IMG/VR virus record: IMGVR_UViG_3300046004_000392
Location: 1-63,229 of that record
Source of the DNA: a virus
Lineage: Duplodnaviria; Caudoviricetes
DNA length: 63,229 nucleotides
Direction: 5' to 3' (one strand)
Each line of letters begins with the position of its first letter. Position 1 is the first letter of the stretch. A program made the position numbers and the translations under genes. This document shows, in pieces, positions 1 to 9,051 of the stretch. The notes beneath the pieces were generated by a model, which searched no databases, had not been told where the DNA came from, and worked only from the letters and a program-made list of their open reading frames with translations.

Positions 1-127
1 CGCTAGGGTCACTTTGCTTAACTAAACTTTCCAAAATGCCCAAAAAACGAGGGAACAAATGGAACAAAGGAACATTACTGCATAATCAACGAGTTAGCAG
101 GGAACAATACAAGGAACAATACAAAAC
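1..127. repeat. Terminal direct repeat (identical to 63103-63229); circular assembly overlap
   Basis: First 127 nt match the last 127 nt exactly; 127 is a common assembler k-mer length, so the contig is probably a complete circular or permuted genome. Confidence 0.9.
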
Positions 128-137
128 TCAAGGAACA
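52..137 (+). repeat. GGAACA iteron-like repeats (candidate origin, continues across the junction from ~62870)
   Basis: GGAACA at 52, 61, 69, 101, 113, 132; further GGAACA/TGTTCC copies in 62870-63060. Confidence 0.55.
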
Positions 138-140
138 ATA

Positions 141-170
141 GGACAACATAACATCTGCGTTACCTTGTCC
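141..170. repeat. 12-6-12 palindromic element, copy 1
   Basis: GGACAACATAAC ATCTGC GTTACCTTGTCC. Confidence 0.85.
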
Positions 171-267
171 GCTTAATTTATCGCGTAGGCCAACGCTACC
201 GCGTAGGATATTCTGACCAGTTCCCAAAACTGCGTTTTGTCACTTTGCTCTGCAAAGTTGCAGGCAC

Positions 268-291
268 AAAAAAACCGCCCGAAGGCGGTTT
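268..291 (-). terminator. Intrinsic terminator ending the leftward 3-gene unit
   Basis: Minus strand AACCGCC-TTCG-GGCGGTT followed by a T run. Confidence 0.85.
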
Positions 292-303
292 AGTGATACG
301 GAG

Positions 304-447
304 TTATAGGAAAACAGGTTTAAACGAAACATCATAGCAATTGCAGAAAAACAAAATAGCGCGGTAATACATCAACTGAAACCAGTTATGCGCAAGCACA
401 CAAGACGGGATACCGTCAGAGTCAACATAGTGAATTAAAAATTTCAT
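304..447 (-). CDS. Small hypothetical protein (47 aa, MKFLIHYVDSDGIPSCVLAHNWFQ...)
   Basis: Hand-translated ORF; begins inside the duplicated 47-nt initiation cassette and ends just before the terminator. Confidence 0.65.
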   Translation of the reverse strand: MKFLIHYVDSDGIPSCVLAHNWFQLMYYRAILFFCNCYDVSFKPVFL

Positions 448-491
448 AGTAAGTGCAAGCAGGTTATTAGCCTGCCTGCTTCCCTTTAGTT
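445..491 (-). repeat. 47-nt direct repeat copy 1 (SD-hairpin-ATG cassette)
   Basis: Identical to 665-711. Confidence 0.9.
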
Positions 492-667
492 TATTGGTTA
501 AATTCTAATTCGTTCAAGTGCGAGATAAGACCATCGAAATCCTCAATCTCGCCCAACATATCCGCAAGCATACGAACAGTCTTAAAAGTAAAGCCGTAAT
601 TCTCGGCAACATCTCGCAGGTAATCGTTTCTATCTGCGAACCCATTTGCAACATAAGCATTTTGCAT
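491..667 (-). CDS. Small acidic hypothetical phage protein (58 aa, MQNAYVANGFADRNDYLRDVAENYG...EDFDGLISHL)
   Basis: Hand-translated ORF; fills the gap exactly between the two 47-nt repeats. Confidence 0.75.
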   Translation of the reverse strand: MQNAYVANGFADRNDYLRDVAENYGFTFKTVRMLADMLGEIEDFDGLISHLNELEFNQ

Positions 668-711
668 AGTAAGTGCAAGCAGGTTATTAGCCTGCCTGCT
701 TCCCTTTAGTT
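665..711 (-). repeat. 47-nt direct repeat copy 2 (SD-hairpin-ATG cassette)
   Basis: Identical to 445-491. Confidence 0.9.
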
Positions 712-713
712 AA

Positions 714-1460
714 TTATAGTAATGCTTCAGTATCGTAAACAGAGCCTTGAAGCAAATCACGTACTTCCTGCAATGTGTACAAGTCATCAACTTCTTTCAA
801 CAGTGTACGTATGCTGTCTTTTACGTCTTTCACTTGCACCTTAAGCAACTCGGCTTCGGCACTTGTGGCCTTGTCAATCGCTTTCGTGATTAGCTTTGCT
901 TCTTTCAGCGCTTCCTTGCCTTGCTTACCGCCATCACCTGCGACGTTAAACAGCGCTTTCGCCTTGTCTTTCAACTCGGCAACTGGCACCGCTTCGTAAG
1001 CCGCAAGCAACTGGGCTTCCTCGGCACGCTTAGTAGCTTTCGCTTCCGCTTCTTTCGTGACCGCCTTGGGCTTCTCATAGCCGAAGTCATCGCTTAATAG
1101 CTTCATAACACGCGACCAAGCCATATTAAGCGCCTTGTCATTCAGCACGCCACCTTTAGCGGAGCCGTAAGCGTCTAACCACGACAAGCGCACCGCGTCA
1201 TGCCAACCTAACAACACAGGCTCACCGGCATAAACGTCACCGGCTAACACGCTATCACATTGACTAACCAACACACCGAACAGGATAGACGACAGACCGG
1301 CCTTAGTATCGGTTAAGTCACCTTCTAATCTTTCAACACTAACCAACATATCGGCCGACTTACTAATCTCGGCATTGAAACCGCCTAGCATAGCAACGAA
1401 TTGGTTAACAGGTTTTACATCTGATACACTTACTGGTACTACTTGATTGGCTTTAGCCAT
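714..1460 (-). CDS. Hypothetical protein (248 aa, helical, Ala/Lys-rich), first gene of leftward unit
   Basis: Long ORF with GGAG SD; extended -10 element upstream. Confidence 0.75.
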   Translation of the reverse strand: MAKANQVVPVSVSDVKPVNQFVAMLGGFNAEISKSADMLVSVERLEGDLTDTKAGLSSILFGVLVSQCDSVLAGDVYAGEPVLLGWHDAVRLSWLDAYGSAKGGVLNDKALNMAWSRVMKLLSDDFGYEKPKAVTKEAEAKATKRAEEAQLLAAYEAVPVAELKDKAKALFNVAGDGGKQGKEALKEAKLITKAIDKATSAEAELLKVQVKDVKDSIRTLLKEVDDLYTLQEVRDLLQGSVYDTEALL

Positions 1461-1519
1461 AATTGCTCTCCATAATAAAAAGATTAAAACACGCTGGGCT
1501 TGCTTGCCCCAGTAAGAAC

Positions 1520-1528
1520 ATTATAGCA
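1520..1528 (-). promoter_or_regulatory. Extended -10 promoter (TGCTATAAT)
   Basis: Minus strand TGnTATAAT about 60 nt upstream of the 714..1460 start. Confidence 0.55.
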
Positions 1529-1570
1529 AACCCTAGGATAGAGTGGGATTTATTGGAAGCATTGAAAACT

Positions 1571-1600
1571 GGACAACATAACGGCCTTGTTATACTGTCC
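1571..1600. repeat. 12-6-12 palindromic element, copy 2
   Basis: GGACAACATAAC GGCCTT GTTATACTGTCC. Confidence 0.85.
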
Positions 1601-1775
1601 CCCGCTACCCCACCGCACCCCCACCCCCCAATTTTGTAGATTAGGTTCGTATCGCTTTATATACACACTGATATGCACAGTAGACGACGCTACTTTGAAA
1701 ACACCCCCCGTCACTAAACTAAACGCATACCCCCCACCCCCTATATAAAAAAATTTACGAATACCCCCACCCCCC

Positions 1776-1804
1776 TTGACATTTACACAGTAAACATGTA
1801 TTGT
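1776..1804 (+). promoter_or_regulatory. Putative sigma70 promoter for the packaging operon
   Basis: TTGACA-N17-TATTGT upstream of 1857. Confidence 0.45.
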
Positions 1805-1856
1805 CCGGTTTGAAACGCACCCCCCGTCACCAAACCAAAGAGACCCGTTTCCTCAT

Positions 1857-2456
1857 ATGGACCTAAAAATTACGCCCGACTTCGATCACCCTATGCCTAA
1901 AGACGCTAAGGACGAAGTGCCGCGGGACTTACACGAAGCAATGCGAACTTCTGCTGAAACTGCGAAGTTACTAGACCAACTCGGCATACCGTTTGAGATG
2001 TCCAAAAAGGACGAGGACGACGCCCGAGAACTAATTCAAGCTACAGACCGAAGTAAACTCGTGCCCGACAAAGTGTACGAAGGGGGTGTTGCGGTCAAGC
2101 TAGCTGCATTACTTAATGAATACGACAAACAAATCATTGCCGACGGAGCGCAAGTCCGAACCTATGTGACCAACAAGTTGCTAGATATCTCGCATTGTGG
2201 GGATGCTAAGGTGGAACTACGTGCCTTAGAGTTACTAGGTAAACTTTCTGATGTCGGCGCGTTCACTGAGAAGTCCGAGATTACAATCAATGCTAAGACT
2301 ACTATTGAGTTAGAGTCAGCTATTAAAGATAAGATTAACCGGTTGCTTGGGATGAAAGAAGTAAAAGGCGAAGTTATCGAGGATGAGCTAGCGGAACTAG
2401 AGCACAAGGTTGTAGCCAAAGATATCGATATAGACACCGAAACAGACGATGAGTAA
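1857..2456 (+). CDS. Putative terminase small subunit
   Basis: Directly upstream of and overlapping terL; 199 aa with RALELLGK helix typical of TerS-like proteins. Confidence 0.6.
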   Translation: MDLKITPDFDHPMPKDAKDEVPRDLHEAMRTSAETAKLLDQLGIPFEMSKKDEDDARELIQATDRSKLVPDKVYEGGVAVKLAALLNEYDKQIIADGAQVRTYVTNKLLDISHCGDAKVELRALELLGKLSDVGAFTEKSEITINAKTTIELESAIKDKINRLLGMKEVKGEVIEDELAELEHKVVAKDIDIDTETDDE

Positions 2457-3990
2457 TTCCGATTTACTTACGGCACAGGAACTACAAGCGGCATTAGTAT
2501 TGCTGCCTACCTTGCCTGACTCGGAGAAACGCGATTTACTTATTAAACTTGAGTTGCACGAGAAGGCGGCGGAGGTTGAGAACGCCCAGAATAACTTTAT
2601 TGACTTTGTACACCAGGTCTGGCCGGGCTTTATTGATGGGGCTCACCACAAGCGGATGGCCAAAGCGTTCGAGCGAGTGGCTAATGGGGAGATCAAACGG
2701 CTAATTATCAACATGCCACCTCGTCATACTAAGTCCGAATTTGCGTCATACCTGTTACCTGCGTGGTTTCTAGGTAAGTTCCCCGGTAAGAAGGTTATCC
2801 AGACGTCTCACACAGCTGAATTGGCGGTGGGGTTTGGTCGTAAAGTACGTAACTTAGTGGATTCTGAAAAGTATCATGACATATTTCCGGACGTTGCACT
2901 ACAATCTGACTCTAAAGCTGCTGGCCGGTGGGCGACTAACCACGGCGGAGACTATTTTGCGATTGGTATTGGTGGTGCAGTTACGGGTAAAGGTGCTGAT
3001 ATCCTCATTATTGACGACCCTCACTCAGAACAAGAGGCGGCATTAAGCGAAACTAACCCAGAAATCTACGACAAGACGTACGAGTGGTACACATCTGGCC
3101 CTCGGCAACGGTTGCAACCGGGCGGGGCTATTGTAATCGTGATGACGCGGTGGTCTAAGAAGGATTTAACGGGTCAAGTTGTCAAGTCTGCCCTGCAACG
3201 TAGCGGGGAAGAGTGGGAAGTGATCGAGTTTCCTGCAATTTTACCCTCTGGCAACCCACTTTGGCCTCAGTTTTGGTCAATTGGCGAGTTAACTGCGCTA
3301 AAAGACGAGCTTCCGGTAGGCAAATGGATGGCTCAGTACATGCAGCAGCCAACTTCCGAGGTTTCTGCGATTATTAAACGGGAATGGTGGAAATATTGGG
3401 AGAAAGACAACCCTCCTAGCTGTGAATTCATCATTCAGTCGTGGGATACGGCGTTTTTAAAGACACAACGGGCCGACTATAGCGCGTGTACTACGTGGGG
3501 CGTGTTCTATAAGGACGACGACACGGGTAAACCACAGGCTAATATCATCTTACTCAACGCATTTAAGGCACGGATGGAGTTTCCGGAGCTCAAGATGCGG
3601 GCTAAGGAACAATACCAGGACTGGGAACCGGATTCCTTGATAGTCGAGGCTAAAGCGTCAGGCTCACCACTGATTTTTGAACTTCGTGCTATGGGCATAC
3701 CAGTGCAGGACTTCACTCCTAGCAAGGGAAATGACAAGATTTCTAGGTTAAACTCGATTGCCGACATCTTTGCGTCAGGCCGAGTATGGGTTCCGGAGAC
3801 TAGATGGGCTGAGGAGTTAGTTGAGGAAGTGGCTTCGTTCCCGTCAGGCGAGCATGATGACTTAGTGGACTCGATGACTGGCGCCATTATGCGGTTCCGC
3901 AAGGGTGGGTTCTTGACACTAGACACAGATTACGAAGAAGAGTACGACACGTACCAGCGATTTAGCAAACAAAAGTTCTACGCAATGTAG
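2449..3990 (+). CDS. terL: Terminase large subunit
   Basis: Walker A MPPRHTKS, Walker B IIDD, nuclease motifs SWDTA and HDDLVDS. Confidence 0.95.
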   Translation: MSNSDLLTAQELQAALVLLPTLPDSEKRDLLIKLELHEKAAEVENAQNNFIDFVHQVWPGFIDGAHHKRMAKAFERVANGEIKRLIINMPPRHTKSEFASYLLPAWFLGKFPGKKVIQTSHTAELAVGFGRKVRNLVDSEKYHDIFPDVALQSDSKAAGRWATNHGGDYFAIGIGGAVTGKGADILIIDDPHSEQEAALSETNPEIYDKTYEWYTSGPRQRLQPGGAIVIVMTRWSKKDLTGQVVKSALQRSGEEWEVIEFPAILPSGNPLWPQFWSIGELTALKDELPVGKWMAQYMQQPTSEVSAIIKREWWKYWEKDNPPSCEFIIQSWDTAFLKTQRADYSACTTWGVFYKDDDTGKPQANIILLNAFKARMEFPELKMRAKEQYQDWEPDSLIVEAKASGSPLIFELRAMGIPVQDFTPSKGNDKISRLNSIADIFASGRVWVPETRWAEELVEEVASFPSGEHDDLVDSMTGAIMRFRKGGFLTLDTDYEEEYDTYQRFSKQKFYAM

Positions 3991-3999
3991 GGAGTTAAA

Positions 4000-4425
4000 A
4001 TGAGCATACGACCAATGTACGAGACACAGTTTGATTTAGAGAACGAAGGCAGCGCGAAGTCACGGATAGAATCCGCGTTTAAGTGCGTGTTGCATAAGTT
4101 ACCTATGACCTACTCCGCAGACTGGGTAGCCACTAGGAATAACGAGATTGTTGCAGTACTTGAATATAAGAAAAGGACGTGCGAGAAGGATAAGTTCCCA
4201 ACAACGTTCATATTTGTAGATAAGTGGATGAATGGACAGCGATTATCAGATACAATGGGCGTTCCATTTTTCCTTTTAATTGAGTGGACAGATGGGTTAT
4301 ACTGGCATCAAGTAGGAAAGACCCCAGTTACATTTAAAGTAAGTGGAAGAACGGATCGTGGAGACCCGCAAGATATTCAGCCGGCGGTACATATACCGGT
4401 GACGGCGTTCACTAAAGTAAACTAA
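4000..4425 (+). CDS. PD-(D/E)XK-like nuclease, putative
   Basis: ADW...LEYKKR arrangement; GGAG SD. Confidence 0.5.
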   Translation: MSIRPMYETQFDLENEGSAKSRIESAFKCVLHKLPMTYSADWVATRNNEIVAVLEYKKRTCEKDKFPTTFIFVDKWMNGQRLSDTMGVPFFLLIEWTDGLYWHQVGKTPVTFKVSGRTDRGDPQDIQPAVHIPVTAFTKVN

Positions 4426-4435
4426 AGGACACATT

Positions 4436-6994
4436 ATGGCAGGCGACATAGACAAAGGGCTGTATTCAGCTCCACAAGGATTAGAGGAATTGGCAAACGC
4501 GTTGCCAGAACCAGACATTGAGATTGCAATTGAAGACCCAGAAAGCGTAGAGATTAGCGCGGATGGTATGACAGTAATAATTGAGCCAGAGAGCGAATAC
4601 GACGACGAGTTCAACACCAACTTAGCAGAAGAGATGGACGCAGGTGAGTTGACTGAGTTAGCTGGTGATTTGCTAGGTGACTACGAGACTGACGTTGATT
4701 CACGTAAAGACTGGTTAAATACGTACGTTGATGGTATCGAGTTGCTCGGGATGAAGATAGAAGACCGTACTGAACCGTGGCCAGGCGCGTGTGCTGTGTT
4801 CCACCCGATACTGTCAGAAGCGCTAGTTAAGTTCCAGGCCGAAACGATGATGGAGACGTTCCCAGCGATGGGGCCAGTTAAGACACAGATAATTGGTAAA
4901 CAGACTCCAGAGAAAGAAGCAGCGTCTGAGCGAGTACGTGACGACATGAACTTCCAGTTAACCGAGGCGATGCCTGAGTACCGCCCTGAGCATGAGCGCA
5001 TGTTGTGGGGCTTGGGTCTATCAGGTAACGCGTTCAAGAAAGTGTACTACGACCCATCCCTAGAGCGTCAAGTATCCTTGTTTGTCCCAGCAGAAGACAT
5101 CGTCGTTCCATACGGCGCGTCAAGCCTACAAACAGCGCCACGCGTGACACACGTTATGCGCAAGACAGAGAATGAACTACGCCGACTACAAGTGGCTGGG
5201 TTCTATCGTGACATTGACCTAGGTGAGCCATCACACGACATCGAGGAAGTAGAGAAGAAGATAGCGGAGAAAATGGGCTTCAACGCCACAATGGACGACC
5301 GCTATAAGTTATTGGAGATGCACGTTGACTTAGACCTGCCAGGTTATGAGGACTTAGATGACGATGGCGAGCCTACAGGTATTGCCCTACCGTACGTAGT
5401 TACCCTAGAGCGTAGCACAGGTGAGGTGTTAGCTATCCGTCGTAACTGGGACCCAGACGACAAGACTAAACAGAAACGTCAACACTTCGTGCACTACAGC
5501 TACATTCCAGGATTTGGCTTCTACGCGTTTGGTTTGATTCACTTGATCGGCGCATCTGCTAAGTCAGGTACGATGTTACTACGTCAGTTGGTAGACGCTG
5601 GTACGCTAAGCAACCTTCCAGGCGGTTTCAAGACTCGTGGCCTACGCATCAAGGGCGATGATACACCAATCGCTCCAGCAGAGTTCCGTGACGTAGACGT
5701 ACCGTCAGGCGCTATCCGTGACAACATAATGGCATTACCGTACAAAGAGCCTTCACAAGTATTAGCTGGCTTAATGGACAAAATCATTATGGATGCTAAG
5801 TCATTCGCTAACGCAGCGGATATGCAAGTGTCTGACATGTCAGCAAACAGCCCAGTTGGTACAACGCTAGCTATATTAGAGCGTACCTTGAAAGTGATGT
5901 CAGCGGTTCAAGCCCGTGTTCACTATGCAATGAAACAAGAGTTCAAGCTAATTGCAGGCATAATTCGTGACTACACTCCTGATGACTACAGCTATGAGCC
6001 AGCAGAAGGTAGTCCACGTGCTAAACAGTCTGACTACGACTGTGTTGAGGTTATCCCAGTATCAGACCCTAACGCAGCAACAATGAGTCAGAAAGTGGTG
6101 CAGTACCAAGCTGTTATGCAGATGGCACAGCAAAACCCACAGATATATGACTTAGTAGAATTAAATAAGCAAATGTTAGAAGTTTTAGGTATTAAAAACA
6201 TTGGCAAGTTGATCCCTGCAGCTGAAGACGAGAAACCGAAAGACCCAGTAACCGAGAATATGTCTATTATTAACGGTAAACCAGTCAAAGCGTTCTTATA
6301 TCAAGACCATCAGGCACACATCCAGGTGCATATGGCTGCTATGCAAGACCCAAAAATGCAGCAAATGATAGGTCAAAACCCACAAGCACAGGCTATTCAA
6401 GCCGCATCTATGGCTCACATCAACGAGCATATTGCGTTCGAATACCGTCGTCAGATAGAAGAACAGCTTGGTGTAACGCTACCAGACCCAGAGCAACAAC
6501 TTCCAGAAGAAGCTGAAGCTCAACTAGCCCCATTAATTGCCCAAGCAGCACAGCAGTTATTAGCTAAAAATCAAGGCGAAGCCCAGCAGCAACAAGCCGA
6601 GCAACAAGCTCAAGACCCGCTGATTCAAATGCAACAACAAGAGCTACAAATCAAGCAGCAAGAAGCTCAAGCTAAAGCGCAAAAAATGATGGCCGATGCG
6701 CAAATCGATCAAGCAAGACTAGAGATTGAGAAGATGCGTATTGAGTCACAAGAACGCATTGCTGGCGCACAACTAGGGGCTAAAGCGGAATTAGATAAGA
6801 GCAAACTAACGGCAGAACAAATGATTAAAGGTGCTCAACTAGGTATGAAAGCTGTATCTGAGCAACGTAATCGTGAAGTTCAGTCAGAGCAAATTTCCGC
6901 ACAACGGGAACAAGCTGATAAACAACATAAGTTAAGCATGAACCAACTTATGAGGCAGTCTTCCCAGAAGTCGGATAAACCTAAAGAGGAATAA
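4436..6994 (+). CDS. Portal protein (P22-like, long Q-rich C-terminal barrel)
   Basis: 852 aa after terL; PWPGACAVFHPIL and FKKVYYD motifs; coiled-coil tail. Confidence 0.9.
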   Translation: MAGDIDKGLYSAPQGLEELANALPEPDIEIAIEDPESVEISADGMTVIIEPESEYDDEFNTNLAEEMDAGELTELAGDLLGDYETDVDSRKDWLNTYVDGIELLGMKIEDRTEPWPGACAVFHPILSEALVKFQAETMMETFPAMGPVKTQIIGKQTPEKEAASERVRDDMNFQLTEAMPEYRPEHERMLWGLGLSGNAFKKVYYDPSLERQVSLFVPAEDIVVPYGASSLQTAPRVTHVMRKTENELRRLQVAGFYRDIDLGEPSHDIEEVEKKIAEKMGFNATMDDRYKLLEMHVDLDLPGYEDLDDDGEPTGIALPYVVTLERSTGEVLAIRRNWDPDDKTKQKRQHFVHYSYIPGFGFYAFGLIHLIGASAKSGTMLLRQLVDAGTLSNLPGGFKTRGLRIKGDDTPIAPAEFRDVDVPSGAIRDNIMALPYKEPSQVLAGLMDKIIMDAKSFANAADMQVSDMSANSPVGTTLAILERTLKVMSAVQARVHYAMKQEFKLIAGIIRDYTPDDYSYEPAEGSPRAKQSDYDCVEVIPVSDPNAATMSQKVVQYQAVMQMAQQNPQIYDLVELNKQMLEVLGIKNIGKLIPAAEDEKPKDPVTENMSIINGKPVKAFLYQDHQAHIQVHMAAMQDPKMQQMIGQNPQAQAIQAASMAHINEHIAFEYRRQIEEQLGVTLPDPEQQLPEEAEAQLAPLIAQAAQQLLAKNQGEAQQQQAEQQAQDPLIQMQQQELQIKQQEAQAKAQKMMADAQIDQARLEIEKMRIESQERIAGAQLGAKAELDKSKLTAEQMIKGAQLGMKAVSEQRNREVQSEQISAQREQADKQHKLSMNQLMRQSSQKSDKPKEE

Positions 6995-6996
6995 CA

Positions 6997-7188
6997 ATGA
7001 GTGAATCGCTAGAGTATTTGATGTCACAAATCGAAGAACGGCGCAAAGCAATTATCGAATCCCTTGGCGATGGTGCCGCTAAGGATTTCGGTGCCTATCA
7101 ACAATCTGTCGGTATGGTTCGAGGTCTACTTACCGCGCAGTCTTTAATCTCAGACCTCGCAAAAAAACTGGAGAATTACGATGAGTAA
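6997..7188 (+). CDS. Small hypothetical protein (head module)
   Basis: GAGG SD; packed between portal and GroES. Confidence 0.7.
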   Translation: MSESLEYLMSQIEERRKAIIESLGDGAAKDFGAYQQSVGMVRGLLTAQSLISDLAKKLENYDE

Positions 7189-7588
7189 ACTAGACCTGAG
7201 TCAAGCAATTGACTTAACAGGTATTGCGGCGGAAGCACCCACGCCAGAACCAAAGGCATCACAACTGCCTGAACCAAAAGGCTATCGAATCTTATGTGCT
7301 GTACCCGATGCAGATGATAAATACGAAAGTGGTATTGTCAAAGCGTCTGATACTAAACGTATTGAGGAAAATGGCACCGTAGTATTGTTCGTGCTAAAAA
7401 TGGGCGACCTTTGCTACAAAGAAGAAGCGAAGTTCCCTACAGGTGCGTGGTGTAAAGAAGGCGACTTTGTCCTTACCCGTGCATACGCAGGTACTCGTTT
7501 TAAAATCCACGGAAGAGAATTCCGCATAATCAACGATGATACTGTCGAGGGTGTAGTAGATGACCCACGCGGTTATACTCGCGCTTAG
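7181..7588 (+). CDS. groES: Co-chaperonin GroES-like protein
   Basis: PKGYRIL...SGIV...YAGTRFKIHGREFRIINDDTVEGVV matches the Cpn10 pattern. Confidence 0.85.
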   Translation: MSKLDLSQAIDLTGIAAEAPTPEPKASQLPEPKGYRILCAVPDADDKYESGIVKASDTKRIEENGTVVLFVLKMGDLCYKEEAKFPTGAWCKEGDFVLTRAYAGTRFKIHGREFRIINDDTVEGVVDDPRGYTRA

Positions 7589-7597
7589 GAGATAGAT

Positions 7598-8587
7598 ATG
7601 GCTGCAAAACCAGAGTTTGACGACGACTTTGAATTTCCGGATGAAAAGGAAGTTTCTACAGTTGATACTAGAGAAGAAGTAAGCATTACACTGGAAGAGG
7701 ATAATACCGAAGTAGAAATCGATATTATCGATGATACTCCTCCACAAGACCGTGACCGTAAGCCGCTCCCAAAAGAGATAGTTGAAGAGCTAGAGAAAGA
7801 TGATTTAACCGACTACTCAGACCGTGTAAAAGAACGGATGGCGCAGTTACGTAAGGTATATCACGATGAACGCAGAGATAAAGAAGCTGCTGCACGTGAG
7901 CGCGAAGAAGCAATTCGCTATGCCCAATCGATCCAAGAAGAAAACAAACGATTAAAATCGAATCTAACTTCTGGTGAACAAACCTATATTGAGATTGCTA
8001 GGAAGTCTGCTGAGCAAGAAATGAATATGGCTAAGCGCGATTACCGCGAAGCGTATGATAGAGGCGAGACAGATAGCATTATTGATGCGCAACAACGCAT
8101 GAATGAAGCCCAATATAAACTGACACAAATGCAAAATTATCGTCCGCAATACGATAGTACTTTACAAGCGGAAGAAAATGATGTATATATACAACCTGAA
8201 CGACCCCAAGTAGCCAAACCCGACCGTAAAGCTCTTGCCTGGCAAGATAAGAACAGTTGGTTTGGTCAAGATGAAGAAATGACTAGCCTCGCTTTGGGGT
8301 TGCATGAGAAGTTAGTCAGAGCAGGTACTAATCCTACCTCAGAAGAGTATTACACAACCATCGATAAAACGATGCGCAAACGATTCCCAGAATATTTCGG
8401 GGATGATTCGCTGGACGTGGAAACACCCGCCCAACGCAAAAAACCGTCAACCGTTGTAGCCTCGGCCACGCGTAGTACCGCGCCTAAAAAAGTACACTTG
8501 ACTAAAACTCAATTAGCTTTGGCTAAAAAGTTTAATCTAACACCCGAGCAATATGCACGTGAGACACTTAAATTGGAGAACAGATAA
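7598..8587 (+). CDS. Putative capsid scaffolding protein
   Basis: Acidic N-terminus, long coiled coil, C-terminal LTKTQLALAKKFNLTPEQYA; upstream of MCP. Confidence 0.7.
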   Translation: MAAKPEFDDDFEFPDEKEVSTVDTREEVSITLEEDNTEVEIDIIDDTPPQDRDRKPLPKEIVEELEKDDLTDYSDRVKERMAQLRKVYHDERRDKEAAAREREEAIRYAQSIQEENKRLKSNLTSGEQTYIEIARKSAEQEMNMAKRDYREAYDRGETDSIIDAQQRMNEAQYKLTQMQNYRPQYDSTLQAEENDVYIQPERPQVAKPDRKALAWQDKNSWFGQDEEMTSLALGLHEKLVRAGTNPTSEEYYTTIDKTMRKRFPEYFGDDSLDVETPAQRKKPSTVVASATRSTAPKKVHLTKTQLALAKKFNLTPEQYARETLKLENR

Positions 8588-9036
8588 TGACTGATACTAG
8601 ACAAAACCGAGACTTAGAAACCCGCGAAACCTTTCAACGTCAGGCGCAATGGGCACCAGCTGCTTTATTACCTGAAATAAATAAGGAGCCTGGATGGGCA
8701 TATCGCTGGATTCGTACAAGTATGGCTGGTCAAGCTGACGCCACAAACGTTTCTTCAAAAATGCGAGAAGGTTGGGAACCCGTCAAATTGTCGGAGCATC
8801 CTGAACTAAGGTTATTCACAGATAAAGACAGCCGCATTCCAGATTCAGTGGAAGTTGGTGGTCTGATGCTATGTAAAACACCAGAAGAGTTCGTTAACCA
8901 ACGTTCTGCTTATTTCAATAATCAGACACAGTCCCAGACTGAAGCGGTGGATAACAGCTTTATGAAAGAGAATGACGCACGTATGCCCCTATTTAAGGAA
9001 AAGCGTACCACTACCTCATTCGGTAAAGGTAAATAA
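8587..9036 (+). CDS. Hypothetical head-module protein
   Basis: Coupled to scaffold stop; YRWIR...EGWEPV motif. Confidence 0.7.
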   Translation: MTDTRQNRDLETRETFQRQAQWAPAALLPEINKEPGWAYRWIRTSMAGQADATNVSSKMREGWEPVKLSEHPELRLFTDKDSRIPDSVEVGGLMLCKTPEEFVNQRSAYFNNQTQSQTEAVDNSFMKENDARMPLFKEKRTTTSFGKGK

Positions 9037-9051
9037 TTTAAGGAGATATAT

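Noticed and set aside
1-127. Biological terminal repeat
   Set aside because: Exactly 127 nt and cuts through the GGAACA repeat region; better explained as a k=127 assembly overlap
518-709. Plus-strand 63-aa ORF from the track
   Set aside because: Shadow of the better-supported minus-strand 491..667 gene, which has an initiation cassette and operon context
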